This document shows, one piece after another, positions 40,687 through 50,011 of a stretch of 64,000 bases of DNA. The DNA is from Candidatus Eiseniibacteriota bacterium (lineage in GTDB: Bacteria; Eisenbacteria; RBG-16-71-46; CAVPCR01). The position numbers and the translations under genes were made by a program. Location of the stretch: positions 352,001-416,000 of the forward strand of contig CAWGMA010000001.1 in NCBI GenBank assembly GCA_963823555.1. The letters are read 5' to 3'. The notes below the pieces were generated by a model. It searched no databases. It saw nothing but the letters and a program-made list of their open reading frames with translations, and was not told the DNA's origin. The number at the start of each line of letters is the position of its first letter. Within the stretch, counting starts at the first letter, position 1.

Positions 40687-42027
40687 ATGTATCGAATATC
40701 CGTCATTGGAACCGGTTATGTGGGGTTGGTCACGGGGGCTTGCCTTGCCGACTTCGGAAACGAGGTCATCTGTGTCGACAAGGACAAGGAGAAGATCGCC
40801 GTCCTCCGGCGCAGCGAGATCCCGTTCTACGAACCCGGGCTGGCCGAGGTCGTGGAACGCAATGTCAGCGAGGGGCGACTCACCTTCAGCGACGACTTTC
40901 CGGCTGCGGTGGGGCGGACGCCGGTCGTCTTCATCGCGGTGGGAACGCCGACCGGCAACGACGGCGAGGCCAATCTCGACGCGGTGTTCGAGGTGGCCCG
41001 CGATGTCGCCCTCAACATGCAGGGCTACCGTCTCGTGGTTCAGAAATCGACCGTCCCGGTGGGAACCGGCCGGCGTGTGCGTGATGTGATCATCAAGCAC
41101 CTTCAGGGCGACCATCCCTTCGATGTCGCTTCCAATCCCGAGTTCCTGCGTGAGGGCTCGGCGGTTCAGGATTTCACCCATCCCAACCGGGTGGTCATCG
41201 GCACCTGGACGACGCGGGCCGCCGGCATTCTCTCCGACATCTACAACCCGCTCTACCTCAACGAAACTCCCATGGTGAAGACCACGGTGGAGACGGCCGA
41301 GCTCATCAAGTACGCGTCGAACGCCTTCCTGGCCACCAAGATCTCGTTCATCAACGAGATGGCGAACCTGTGTGAGGCGGTGGGGGCCGATGTTCGCGTG
41401 GTCGCCCGCGCCATGGGGCTCGATCGACGGATCGGCGACAAGTTCCTGCATGCGGGGCCGGGCTATGGCGGTTCCTGTTTCCCCAAGGACACGCGGGCTC
41501 TCCTGCATTTCGCCCGCGAGGTCGGGGTCGCGTTGCCCATCGTCCAAGCCACGGTCGAGACGAACGAGAGGCAGATCGACCGCATGGTCGAGAAATGCGA
41601 GCAGGCGCTTGGTGGTCTTGCCGGCAAGAAGGTCGCCATGCTCGGCCTTTCCTTCAAGCCGAACACCGACGACGTCCGAGAGGCGCCGGCGCTCCGCATC
41701 GCCAAGCGGCTACTGGAAGGCGGGGCCGCCGTGCGCGCGTTCGATCCAGTGGCCATGGCCAGCGCCGCCAAGGCATTGCCCGGACTCGAGTGCGGAGCCA
41801 ATGCCTACGACGTCTGTGAGGGCGCCGACGGCGTCCTGATCGTCACCGAGTGGAACGAGTTCCGCCAGCTCGATCTCAAGCGGATCAAGGATGTACTCCG
41901 GTCTCCGATCTTCCTCGATCTCAAGAACATCTATTCGCCGACGGAGGTCATGGCCGCCGGCCTGCGCTACTATGGCGTCGGCCGTGGCCAGAGTACGAGC
42001 TCGATGGTGGCGAAGGCCGCCGAGTAA
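40687..42027 (+). CDS. ugd: UDP-glucose 6-dehydrogenase
   Basis: GTGYVGL, KSTVPVGT, NPEFLREG, KYASNAFLATKISF, GYGGSCFPKD, FKPNTDD. Confidence 0.94.
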   Translation: MYRISVIGTGYVGLVTGACLADFGNEVICVDKDKEKIAVLRRSEIPFYEPGLAEVVERNVSEGRLTFSDDFPAAVGRTPVVFIAVGTPTGNDGEANLDAVFEVARDVALNMQGYRLVVQKSTVPVGTGRRVRDVIIKHLQGDHPFDVASNPEFLREGSAVQDFTHPNRVVIGTWTTRAAGILSDIYNPLYLNETPMVKTTVETAELIKYASNAFLATKISFINEMANLCEAVGADVRVVARAMGLDRRIGDKFLHAGPGYGGSCFPKDTRALLHFAREVGVALPIVQATVETNERQIDRMVEKCEQALGGLAGKKVAMLGLSFKPNTDDVREAPALRIAKRLLEGGAAVRAFDPVAMASAAKALPGLECGANAYDVCEGADGVLIVTEWNEFRQLDLKRIKDVLRSPIFLDLKNIYSPTEVMAAGLRYYGVGRGQSTSSMVAKAAE

Positions 42028-42046
42028 TCCCCCACGAGGAAAGCAC

Positions 42047-43090
42047 ATGAACGTGCCCGGACGCCAGGGACCTGGCCATCTGGACTACGCCGGCCATCTG
42101 CTCGTGACCGGCGGCGCCGGTTTCATCGGGTCGAACTTCGTCCGCCATGTCCTGACGCAGGCGCCGGACGTCACGGTGACCGTACTCGACAAGCTCACCT
42201 ACGCCGGCAATCTGGACAACCTCGCCGGCCTACCTCAAGACCGACTCACGTTCGTCAAGGGCGACATCGCCGACCCGCAGGTCGTAGCGCCGTTGATGTC
42301 CGGCACTCGGGCCGTCGTGAACTTCGCCGCCGAAACCCATGTCGATCGATCGATCCAGAATCCGGGAAGCTTCGTCCTCACCGATGTCTTCGGCAGCTAC
42401 GTCTTGCTCGAGGCGGCGCGCCAGGCGGGGATCGAGCGTTTCATCCAGATCTCGACCGACGAGGTGTATGGCGAGATCCTCGGCGAGCCGGCCACCGAGG
42501 AGGCGCCGCTCATGCCGCGAAACCCCTACGCCGCCAGCAAGGCCGGGGCGGATCGCCTGGCGTATTCCTTCTTCACGACCTATGGCATGCCCGTCGTCAT
42601 CACGCGCTGCTCGAACAACTACGGTCCCTTTCAGCATGTCGAGAAGCTGTGGCCCCTGTTCATCACCAACGCTCTCGAGAACAAGCCGCTGCCCGTCTAC
42701 GGCAGCGGGCAGAACCTCCGCGACTGGATCTATGTCGAGGACCACTGCGAGGCGCTGGCCAGACTGCTCACGGCCCAGGGGGTCGAGGGTGAGGTGTGGA
42801 ACATCGGAGGCGGCGTGGAGCACTCGAGCCTGGAGATCGGCCATCTGATCCTCCGCACCCTCGACCTGCCGGAGACCCTGATCCGGCACGTCACGGACCG
42901 CCCGGGTCATGATCGCCGCTATGCCCTCGATTGCAGTAAGATCCGCGAGCGACTGGGTTTCGTGCCGCGGACGGTTTTCGCGGAAGGTGCCGCGCGTACC
43001 ATCCGCTGGTATGCCGAGAACAAGGACTGGTGGGAGAAGGTGAAGAGTGGCGAGTTCCGCGAATACTACGCGAAGAACTACCGGATTTGA
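42047..43090 (+). CDS. rfbB: dTDP-glucose 4,6-dehydratase
   Basis: TGGAGFIGSNF, DKLTYAGN, FAAETHVDRSI, STDEVYG, NNYGP, DRPGHDRRY. Confidence 0.95.
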   Translation: MNVPGRQGPGHLDYAGHLLVTGGAGFIGSNFVRHVLTQAPDVTVTVLDKLTYAGNLDNLAGLPQDRLTFVKGDIADPQVVAPLMSGTRAVVNFAAETHVDRSIQNPGSFVLTDVFGSYVLLEAARQAGIERFIQISTDEVYGEILGEPATEEAPLMPRNPYAASKAGADRLAYSFFTTYGMPVVITRCSNNYGPFQHVEKLWPLFITNALENKPLPVYGSGQNLRDWIYVEDHCEALARLLTAQGVEGEVWNIGGGVEHSSLEIGHLILRTLDLPETLIRHVTDRPGHDRRYALDCSKIRERLGFVPRTVFAEGAARTIRWYAENKDWWEKVKSGEFREYYAKNYRI

Positions 43091-43109
43091 GCCTGGAGCG
43101 CAGGGTGTG

Positions 43110-44783
43110 ATGTCGAGCCCGGCGCCCGGCCTTCTCGGCGCGATCGCCATGCTCGGACTCGCCCTCACCCTGGGCATGGTCTCGTCGGCGACGGCGCAGA
43201 TCGGATCATTCTCCGACGTCAGCCCGCGCGCCAGCCGCCCGGCCCCGCCCCGGACCACCGTGCTCGCCGCTGACGCCCCGTTGCTCGCGGGGCCGATCGA
43301 TGCCGACGAGTACCGGGTTGGCCCTGGCGATGTGCTCAATCTGATCGTCCCCGGTGTCATCCAGGGGGAGGCCACGCTCGTGGTGGATGCCGAGGGCGGG
43401 GTCATCTTGCCCGGCTCTTCGGGGCGCGTGCAGTTGGCGGGAAGAACCTTGAACGAGGCCCGTAACGCGGTGGCGGATGCGCTTTCCCTCCTGGCGCGCG
43501 ATCGCTCCTTTGCCCTGAGCCTCGAGCGTCCGCGGCGCTTCAAGGTCTACGTGACCGGCAATGTCGCCACGCCGGGCGCGGTCGAGACCAGCGCGGTCGC
43601 CCGCGTCTCCGAGGCCATCGCCCTTGCCGGGGGCGTCGTGCCCCCGGGTTCGAGACGGCAAATCCGACTCCGGCGAGCGAGCGGCGAGGAAAGCATGGTC
43701 GATCTCGATCGCTTCGCCCTGATCGGCGATCTCGAGCGGAACCCTCTGGTCGATGGCGGTGACGTCATCGAGGTCCCCGTGCGTCAGGCGAACTACGGAT
43801 TCTTCGGTGGCGTGGGGCGGCCGGGGACCTACGAGCTGGTTCCCGGCGAGACGATGGAGAGCGCGCTGGCGCTCGCCGGAGGTCCGCTGCCGGGAGCCAG
43901 GCTGGAGGCCGTCGAGTTGACACGGTTCGAGCCATCGGCCGAGACCCCGATGCGAACCACGCTGAACCTGAACGTGGCTGGCGATCGGTCCCGAGTGCTT
44001 GCCGGCGGTGACGCCGTGGTCGTGCCCAGACCCGGCGAATTCCAGATGATCCATACCGTTGACGTGAGCGGAGAGGTGGTGTTCCCCGGGCGCTATCCGA
44101 TCGAGCCCGGCATCGATACCGTGGCCGACGTGATGTTGCGCGCCGGAGGGTTCACGGAGAATGCCAACCGGGGTGGGGCAAGGCTCTTCCGCAGGGTGCT
44201 GCCCGAAGCCGATGCCGAGCAACAGCAGGCGCCCGGATCCGTCTCGACCCTCGAAGCGAGCCGCCCGCCGAAGACGAAGACCCAGAACGAGATGGGTGTC
44301 GACCTGTCGCCCAGGTTCGCCGAGCTGCCGCCCACGGCTCGCGAGGAAGAGCTGTCGAGTCTGGGTCCGACCGGCCGCGAGATCCCTGTAGCGTGGACGG
44401 AGCAGCCCTTCGCGGAGTCGGCGATGCTCGCGGGCGGTGACCGCATGGTGGTCCCCCGAACGCAGGGCACGGTGCGGGTCGATGGCCGCGTCCGCTCGCC
44501 GGGCCTGGTCCCCTTCTCCCCGGGGCGAGAGCTCGATGACTACGTCCTTCTGGCCGGCGGTTACGACAAGAACGCCGACCGGGATCGTGTGTATGTGCAG
44601 CGCGCGGGACGCGAGGGTTTCGAGCACGCCGAGGGCGCAGGCCCGATTGCCGATGGCGACGCGATCTGGGTCGCGGAGAAGACGCCGCGCGGAGCCTGGA
44701 CCTGGGCGCGCGAGATCATCACGGTGGCCGCAGCGGTTGCGACCGTGGTCTACATCATTGGCGACGTGAGCCGGGGACCCTGA
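43110..44783 (+). CDS. Polysaccharide export protein (Poly_export + multiple SLBB domains; Wza/KpsD-like)
   Basis: Signal peptide; YRVGPGDVL; repeated V.G.V..PG...AGG SLBB units; C-terminal hydrophobic helix. Confidence 0.88.
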   Translation: MSSPAPGLLGAIAMLGLALTLGMVSSATAQIGSFSDVSPRASRPAPPRTTVLAADAPLLAGPIDADEYRVGPGDVLNLIVPGVIQGEATLVVDAEGGVILPGSSGRVQLAGRTLNEARNAVADALSLLARDRSFALSLERPRRFKVYVTGNVATPGAVETSAVARVSEAIALAGGVVPPGSRRQIRLRRASGEESMVDLDRFALIGDLERNPLVDGGDVIEVPVRQANYGFFGGVGRPGTYELVPGETMESALALAGGPLPGARLEAVELTRFEPSAETPMRTTLNLNVAGDRSRVLAGGDAVVVPRPGEFQMIHTVDVSGEVVFPGRYPIEPGIDTVADVMLRAGGFTENANRGGARLFRRVLPEADAEQQQAPGSVSTLEASRPPKTKTQNEMGVDLSPRFAELPPTAREEELSSLGPTGREIPVAWTEQPFAESAMLAGGDRMVVPRTQGTVRVDGRVRSPGLVPFSPGRELDDYVLLAGGYDKNADRDRVYVQRAGREGFEHAEGAGPIADGDAIWVAEKTPRGAWTWAREIITVAAAVATVVYIIGDVSRGP

Positions 44784-45137
44784 TCCGCCCTGGAATCCGC
44801 CGGGGTGGGCCCGGGCCGTTTCAGTCCCTCTGGTCACAGGTCGGTCTCAGGAGTGGTGCATGAGGATCACGTCCTCGGCGAGGCCCGGATCGGGCGGCAT
44901 CCCGGAGGATGCCGGACCCCGGCCGGGTCTCAGCCCCCCCGGACCGGCTCAACTCCTTGTCCGAGCATGCCGATAACCGTGGCAAGCTCGCCGTCTGGCC
45001 AGGTTCCGGTGGAGGCTGGCGGTGGGGCAGGAATGGTCCTTGCAGAACCCCAGGTGGGGCCCCTCCCCCGGCAAAGGATAGGTGTGAAAAGGACTTCCGG
45101 CCGGGGGGGAGTAATGCCCCAGGGGGGGAATGTCCCC

Positions 45138-45166
45138 TTGACACGGCTACAGGGCTTTCTTATCGT
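45138..45166 (+). promoter_or_regulatory. Sigma70-type promoter
   Basis: TTGACA (45138-45143), 17 nt, TATCGT (45161-45166). Confidence 0.65.
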
Positions 45167-45276
45167 TCCCGCGTCTCTGCGGTCGGTTAGCGCAAATCCC
45201 TCTTTTTGCAACGGATTGCCGCAGAAGAAGGGGCGTAGCTGACGTCGCGGGAATGACTCGAGGAGGATCGAGGTTG

Positions 45277-46284
45277 ATGAGACACCTGGTGACGGGTGGG
45301 GCAGGATTCATCGGGTCCCATTTGGTCGAGGCCCTGCTCCGCCGCGGTGACGAGGTCGTCGTTCTGGACAACCTCTCGACGGGGAGCCTAGCGAACCTGA
45401 AACACCTGACCGGTCATCCCGGCCTGGTGTTCCTGGAAGAGAGCGTCCTCAATCGCCCGGTCGTCGAGCGACTGGTCGACCGCGCGGATCGCGTCTTCCA
45501 TCTTGCTGCGGCGGTCGGCGTGCGTTACGTCGTGGAGAACCCGCTCAAGTCGCTCCTTACCAATATCCACGGTGCTGAGTACGTCCTCGAGGCGGCGTCG
45601 CGGGATCGGAAGCCCGTCATCCTCTTCTCGACATCCGAGGTCTACGGCAAGTCGGATGACGTGCCTTTCCGCGAGGACTCCGACCGCGTGATGGGCCCCA
45701 CGGGTGTTTCCCGCTGGGGCTACGCTTCCTCCAAGGCGGTGGACGAGTTCCTGGCCTTTGCATACCACCGCGAACGCGATCTGCCGGTGGTGATCGTGCG
45801 TTGCTTCAACACCTGTGGTCCGCGCCAGACCGGGCGTTATGGCATGGTCATTCCCAGCATGATTCAGCGCGCCTGTGCCGGGCGGCCGATCGAGGTCTTC
45901 GGCGACGGGGAACAGACCCGCTGCTTCTCCTACGTCGGTGATGTCGTGCGCGGTGTCATGTTGCTCGCCGATTGCACCGACGCCCATGGCGAAGTATTCA
46001 ATATCGGTACCGATGAAGAGGTGTCGATCAACGAGCTCGCTCGTCGCGTGCGCGAGAAGTGTGGTTCCTCATCTCCCATCGTGCACATTCCCTACGAGGA
46101 GATCTACGGCCACAGCTTCGAGGACATGCGGCGACGCGTGCCCGATCTGTCCAAGATCCACGAGTTCGTTGGCTATCGTCCCGAGGTCGGTCTCGACGAG
46201 TTGCTCCAGCGCACGATCGAATACCTGCCGGACGAGCTTGCGGCGAATCGAGTCGCCGAATCCGTCGCCGTCCGTTCCGGGTAG
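45277..46284 (+). CDS. NAD-dependent nucleotide-sugar epimerase/dehydratase
   Basis: TGGAGFIGSHL, HLAAAVGV, STSEVYG, RWGYASSK, FNTCGPRQ; GAGGAGG RBS. Confidence 0.9.
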   Translation: MRHLVTGGAGFIGSHLVEALLRRGDEVVVLDNLSTGSLANLKHLTGHPGLVFLEESVLNRPVVERLVDRADRVFHLAAAVGVRYVVENPLKSLLTNIHGAEYVLEAASRDRKPVILFSTSEVYGKSDDVPFREDSDRVMGPTGVSRWGYASSKAVDEFLAFAYHRERDLPVVIVRCFNTCGPRQTGRYGMVIPSMIQRACAGRPIEVFGDGEQTRCFSYVGDVVRGVMLLADCTDAHGEVFNIGTDEEVSINELARRVREKCGSSSPIVHIPYEEIYGHSFEDMRRRVPDLSKIHEFVGYRPEVGLDELLQRTIEYLPDELAANRVAESVAVRSG

Positions 46285-46301
46285 CTGGACACCGGGCGGC
46301 G

Positions 46302-47291
46302 ATGTCGAGTTGGATCTCGTTCGCCGTCGCCTTTGCCACCGCTCTCGTTCTCACCCCGCCGGGTCGCTGGCTCGCGCTCCGTTTGAATTTCGTCGATCGC
46401 CCCGCCGCGCGTAAGGTCCATGTGCATCCCATCCCGCTCGGTGGCGGGATCGTGATCATGGCGGGCATGCTCGCCGGGGCCATGGCCGGCGGGCTAGCGG
46501 GAATGCTGCCCCGCGAGTTGTGGGCGGTCCTGGGTGGGTTGGGCTGGATCGTCGCCCTGGGTATCGTTGACGATCGCTGGTCGCTGCCGCCGCTCATCAA
46601 GCTCCTGGGGCAGGTCGCTGCCGCGCTCATGCTCGTCATCGGCTCGGGACATCCGGCATCCACCGCCCTCGGTGGTTTCGGAGTGCCGATGGCCCTGGTC
46701 GGGAGCGTCGGGCTGATGAACGCCTGCAATTTCCTCGATAACATGGATGGCATCCTCGGCGGCATCGGACTCCTGTGCGGCGTGGGTTTCGCCTTGGCTG
46801 CCAGCGCAACGAGACCCGAGGTGGCCGCCCTCTGTGCCGCGACCGCGGGCGCCGCAGGCGGGTTCCTCGTCTACAATTTCCATCCGGCACGCATCTTCAT
46901 GGGTGACGCCGGATCGCATGCCATTGGCTTCCTGCTCGCCGCAGGCGCTCTCTTGCTCGTGCCGTATTCCCTGCCGGTGGTCGAGAGCGCAGGTCTTCTT
47001 CTCGTCATCGCCTACCCGCTGTTCGACCTTGTCTTCGTCACGGTCACGCGCGTGCAGAGTGGACGCCCGGTATGGAGTCCGGGGAAGGACCACACCACGC
47101 ATCGACTCAACCGCCTGCTCGAGAGCCCGCGGCTGACCGCGCTCGCCGTCTACGCCTTGACCGCCGTGGCGGTCGCGGCGGGCATCGCCCTGCTCCATCG
47201 CCCTGGCGTGCCGAGCGCGGCGGCTGCTGCCGCACCGATCTTGCTCTTCTTGATCCTGGGGCTTCGCCTGGCGCGCGTGGCGTCCGTCTGA
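46302..47291 (+). CDS. wecA: Polyprenyl-phosphate GlcNAc-1-phosphate transferase (WecA/TagO, MraY-like)
   Basis: DRPAARKVH..PIPLGGG, GIVDDR, NACNFLDNMDG, YNFHPARIFMGDAGS, DHTTHRL. Confidence 0.88.
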   Translation: MSSWISFAVAFATALVLTPPGRWLALRLNFVDRPAARKVHVHPIPLGGGIVIMAGMLAGAMAGGLAGMLPRELWAVLGGLGWIVALGIVDDRWSLPPLIKLLGQVAAALMLVIGSGHPASTALGGFGVPMALVGSVGLMNACNFLDNMDGILGGIGLLCGVGFALAASATRPEVAALCAATAGAAGGFLVYNFHPARIFMGDAGSHAIGFLLAAGALLLVPYSLPVVESAGLLLVIAYPLFDLVFVTVTRVQSGRPVWSPGKDHTTHRLNRLLESPRLTALAVYALTAVAVAAGIALLHRPGVPSAAAAAAPILLFLILGLRLARVASV

Positions 47292-47348
47292 CGGGATGCC
47301 GCGCCGCGAGGCCTGTCCGGTGGCGCATCGTCTGCCCGCTGGGGTGGC

Positions 47349-47378
47349 TTGAGAAGAGGGCCGATCCCATGCTAGAGT
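47349..47378 (+). promoter_or_regulatory. Sigma70-type promoter with extended -10
   Basis: TTGAGA, 18 nt, TAGAGT preceded by TG. Confidence 0.4.
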
Positions 47379-47430
47379 GCCCGCTGATCTCCGACTCGTA
47401 TCCCGAGTCGCCTACCAGGCAACCGTTTCC

Positions 47431-48678
47431 ATGAGCGACGCACCTATTCCCCTGCCCGATCGCGAGCCCACTCCGCCCTCCCGTGGCCGGCCGTTGCATC
47501 CGCAAGCGATGCCGCCTGTCCCAGCGCACCCGTTGCCGCCACCTGGCGATGCGAACCTCATCGATTATCTCTACGGAGTGGCCCGTCGTGCCCGCTGGAT
47601 CCTCGCCAACATGCTGCTCGTTGGCGCCGTCGCGGCGGTGACCGCGCTCCTCCTTCCGCACTGGTACCTGTCCCGCGCCAGCTTTCTACCATCGGTCGAG
47701 GAACGCTCCGGGTTCTCGCTCACCGCGTTCCTGCGCGAGGTCGCCATTCCCGGTGGCGGCCTCTCTGATGCCGTGCAAGCCGGCGATCTCTCGGTGGCCA
47801 TTCTCAGGAGCCGCACGGCACGCACGACCTTGATCGAGGAGTTCGATCTCATCAAGCGCTACAAGGCGGAGGACATCGAAGATGCCCTCGAAGAGCTCGA
47901 TGACCATTCCAGCTATTTCGTGGGACAGGAAGGTCTGGTCACGATCGGCATCGAGGACCGCGATCCGGCCGTGGCCGCGAGGATGGTGAATCGCTCGCTG
48001 GAGATCCTCGATACGTTCAATGCCGAGCAACGTATGACCAAGGGCCAGCGGACGCGGGTCTTTGTCGAGCGCGAGCTGGCCCAGTGCGAGACCGATCTAC
48101 GCGCCGCGGAGGACGCGCTCGAGCAGTACCAGGAAGAAACCAAGCTCGTCTCGCTGTCGCCGCAGACGGAAGCCGGTGTGACCGCCTCGGCCACGCTTCT
48201 TACTCGCAAGCTGGAAGTCGAGATCGCATTGCGATTGAAGCAGAACATCCTCAGCGAGAACAACGAGGAAGTGCGTCTGTTGCGCGCCGAGCTGGCCGAG
48301 ATCAACCGCAAGCTCACCGAATTGCCAGCCATTGGCCTCGAGTATGCCCGTCTCGTGCGCGATCTGAAGGTGCGAGAACAGGTGTACGGCTTTCTCCGTG
48401 CCGAATACGAGCAGGCCAAGATCGAGGAGGAGCGCGATTCGCCCAGCCTGACCGTGCTGGACGAGGCACAGCAGCCGATCAAACGCGCGCGGCCCAGGCG
48501 CACGAGGATCGTGGTGACGGCGGCTCTCGTTGCCGGTGTGGTCTCGGTGCTGGGTGCGCTGGTTCTGACCTGGATCGACATGCTGCCCCCAGGCGACCGG
48601 CGTCGAGGCACGCTCCGGGCGGCCGGTGAGGAGCTGGCGCGGGTCTTTCGCTTCGGCCGGCGCCGGCGATCCGCCTAG
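47431..48678 (+). CDS. Polysaccharide co-polymerase (Wzz/GumC-type, no kinase domain)
   Basis: Two TM helices flanking a coiled-coil periplasmic domain; ILRSR, DRDP..AA, VLDEAQQP..RARPRR. Confidence 0.85.
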   Translation: MSDAPIPLPDREPTPPSRGRPLHPQAMPPVPAHPLPPPGDANLIDYLYGVARRARWILANMLLVGAVAAVTALLLPHWYLSRASFLPSVEERSGFSLTAFLREVAIPGGGLSDAVQAGDLSVAILRSRTARTTLIEEFDLIKRYKAEDIEDALEELDDHSSYFVGQEGLVTIGIEDRDPAVAARMVNRSLEILDTFNAEQRMTKGQRTRVFVERELAQCETDLRAAEDALEQYQEETKLVSLSPQTEAGVTASATLLTRKLEVEIALRLKQNILSENNEEVRLLRAELAEINRKLTELPAIGLEYARLVRDLKVREQVYGFLRAEYEQAKIEEERDSPSLTVLDEAQQPIKRARPRRTRIVVTAALVAGVVSVLGALVLTWIDMLPPGDRRRGTLRAAGEELARVFRFGRRRRSA

Positions 48679-48702
48679 CGCGGGGCAGAAGGCGGGACAT
48701 GC

Positions 48703-50004
48703 ATGCTTGATCTCAAGCTCGTGCGCAGCGAAACCGAGCGGGTGAGGGCGGCGATCGCGGCCAAGGGCTCCGATGTCGATCTCGACCGGATTCTCCACTG
48801 TGATGCCGAGCGCCGCGAGCTCCTGGCGGAAGTGGAAGCGCTCAAGCATCAGCGCAACGACGTGTCGCGGGAGATCGGCGAGCTCAAGCGGCGGGGCGAG
48901 GATCTCGGTGACCGCATGGAGCGCATGCGCCAGGTGGGCGAAGCCATTGCCACCCTCGACGAACGGTTGAAGGGCATCGACGCCACGGTCGATGAGCTCA
49001 TGGCCTGGGTGCCGAACCTGCCGCACGCCACGGTGCCGGCCGGGCGGACCGCCGAGGACAACGTGGTGATCCGGGTCGAGGGCGAGCCGCCGCGCCTCGA
49101 TTTCGCGCCCCGCAATCATGTCGAGCTCGGCGAGCTCCTGGGTATCCTCGATCCCGTGCGCGTGGCCAAGCTCTCGGGATCGGGGTTCAGCCTGCTCCGC
49201 GGCCAGGGCGCGCGCTTCGCCCGGGCACTCATCTCCTACATGCTGGACCTGCACACCGGCGCCCACGGCTACGAGGAGGCATGGACTCCCTATCTGGTGC
49301 GGCCATCCTGTCTCTTCGGCACCGGTCAGTTGCCCAAGCTCCGCGAAGACATGTACTACGTGAACGGGGATGACCTCTACCTGATCCCCACGGCCGAGGT
49401 CTCGATCACCAACCTCTATGCCGAGGAGACCTTGCGTGAGGAGGATCTCCCGCGCAAGTTCGTCGGGTACACTGCTTGTTTCCGGCGCGAAGCCGGCGCG
49501 GCGGGACGGGAGACGCGCGGTCTCCTGCGTCTCCACCAGTTCGACAAGGTCGAGCTGGTGAAGTTTGCCCATCCCGATCGTTCCTACGAGGAGCACGAGC
49601 TCCTCCTGGCCGATGCCGAGAGCGTGCTCAGGAGCTTCGGTCTTCACTACCGTGTCGTGGCCTTGTGCGCCGGTGATCTCAGCTTTGCCGCCGCCAAGTG
49701 CTACGATCTCGAGGTGTGGGCGCCGGGGGAGGGGAAGTGGCTCGAGGTGTCCTCGTGCTCGAATTTCGAGGATTTCCAGGCCCGCCGCATCGGCGTCCGC
49801 ATGCGCCCAGCCGGCGGTGGCAAGGCTCGCCTGGTGCACACCCTGAACGCTTCGGGGGTGGCCCTGCCGCGGCTTCTGGTCGCCTTGCTCGAGCACTATC
49901 AGACCGAGACCGGCGCCGTGCGGGTGCCCGAGATTCTGCAACCCTATCTCGGCGGTCAAGACCTGCTCCGGCCTGCTCCGGACGCGGTGGCCGACAAGCG
50001 GTAG
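48703..50004 (+). CDS. serS: Serine--tRNA ligase
   Basis: MLDLKLVR, TGQLPK, LIPTAEV, CFRREAG, HQFDKVE, EVSSCSN, HTLNASG. Confidence 0.97.
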   Translation: MLDLKLVRSETERVRAAIAAKGSDVDLDRILHCDAERRELLAEVEALKHQRNDVSREIGELKRRGEDLGDRMERMRQVGEAIATLDERLKGIDATVDELMAWVPNLPHATVPAGRTAEDNVVIRVEGEPPRLDFAPRNHVELGELLGILDPVRVAKLSGSGFSLLRGQGARFARALISYMLDLHTGAHGYEEAWTPYLVRPSCLFGTGQLPKLREDMYYVNGDDLYLIPTAEVSITNLYAEETLREEDLPRKFVGYTACFRREAGAAGRETRGLLRLHQFDKVELVKFAHPDRSYEEHELLLADAESVLRSFGLHYRVVALCAGDLSFAAAKCYDLEVWAPGEGKWLEVSSCSNFEDFQARRIGVRMRPAGGGKARLVHTLNASGVALPRLLVALLEHYQTETGAVRVPEILQPYLGGQDLLRPAPDAVADKR

Positions 50005-50011
50005 CGGCGCC

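Noticed and set aside
44805..45242. Small ORFs in the wza-epimerase intergenic region
   Set aside because: No recognisable motifs or RBS, and they overlap a clear promoter.
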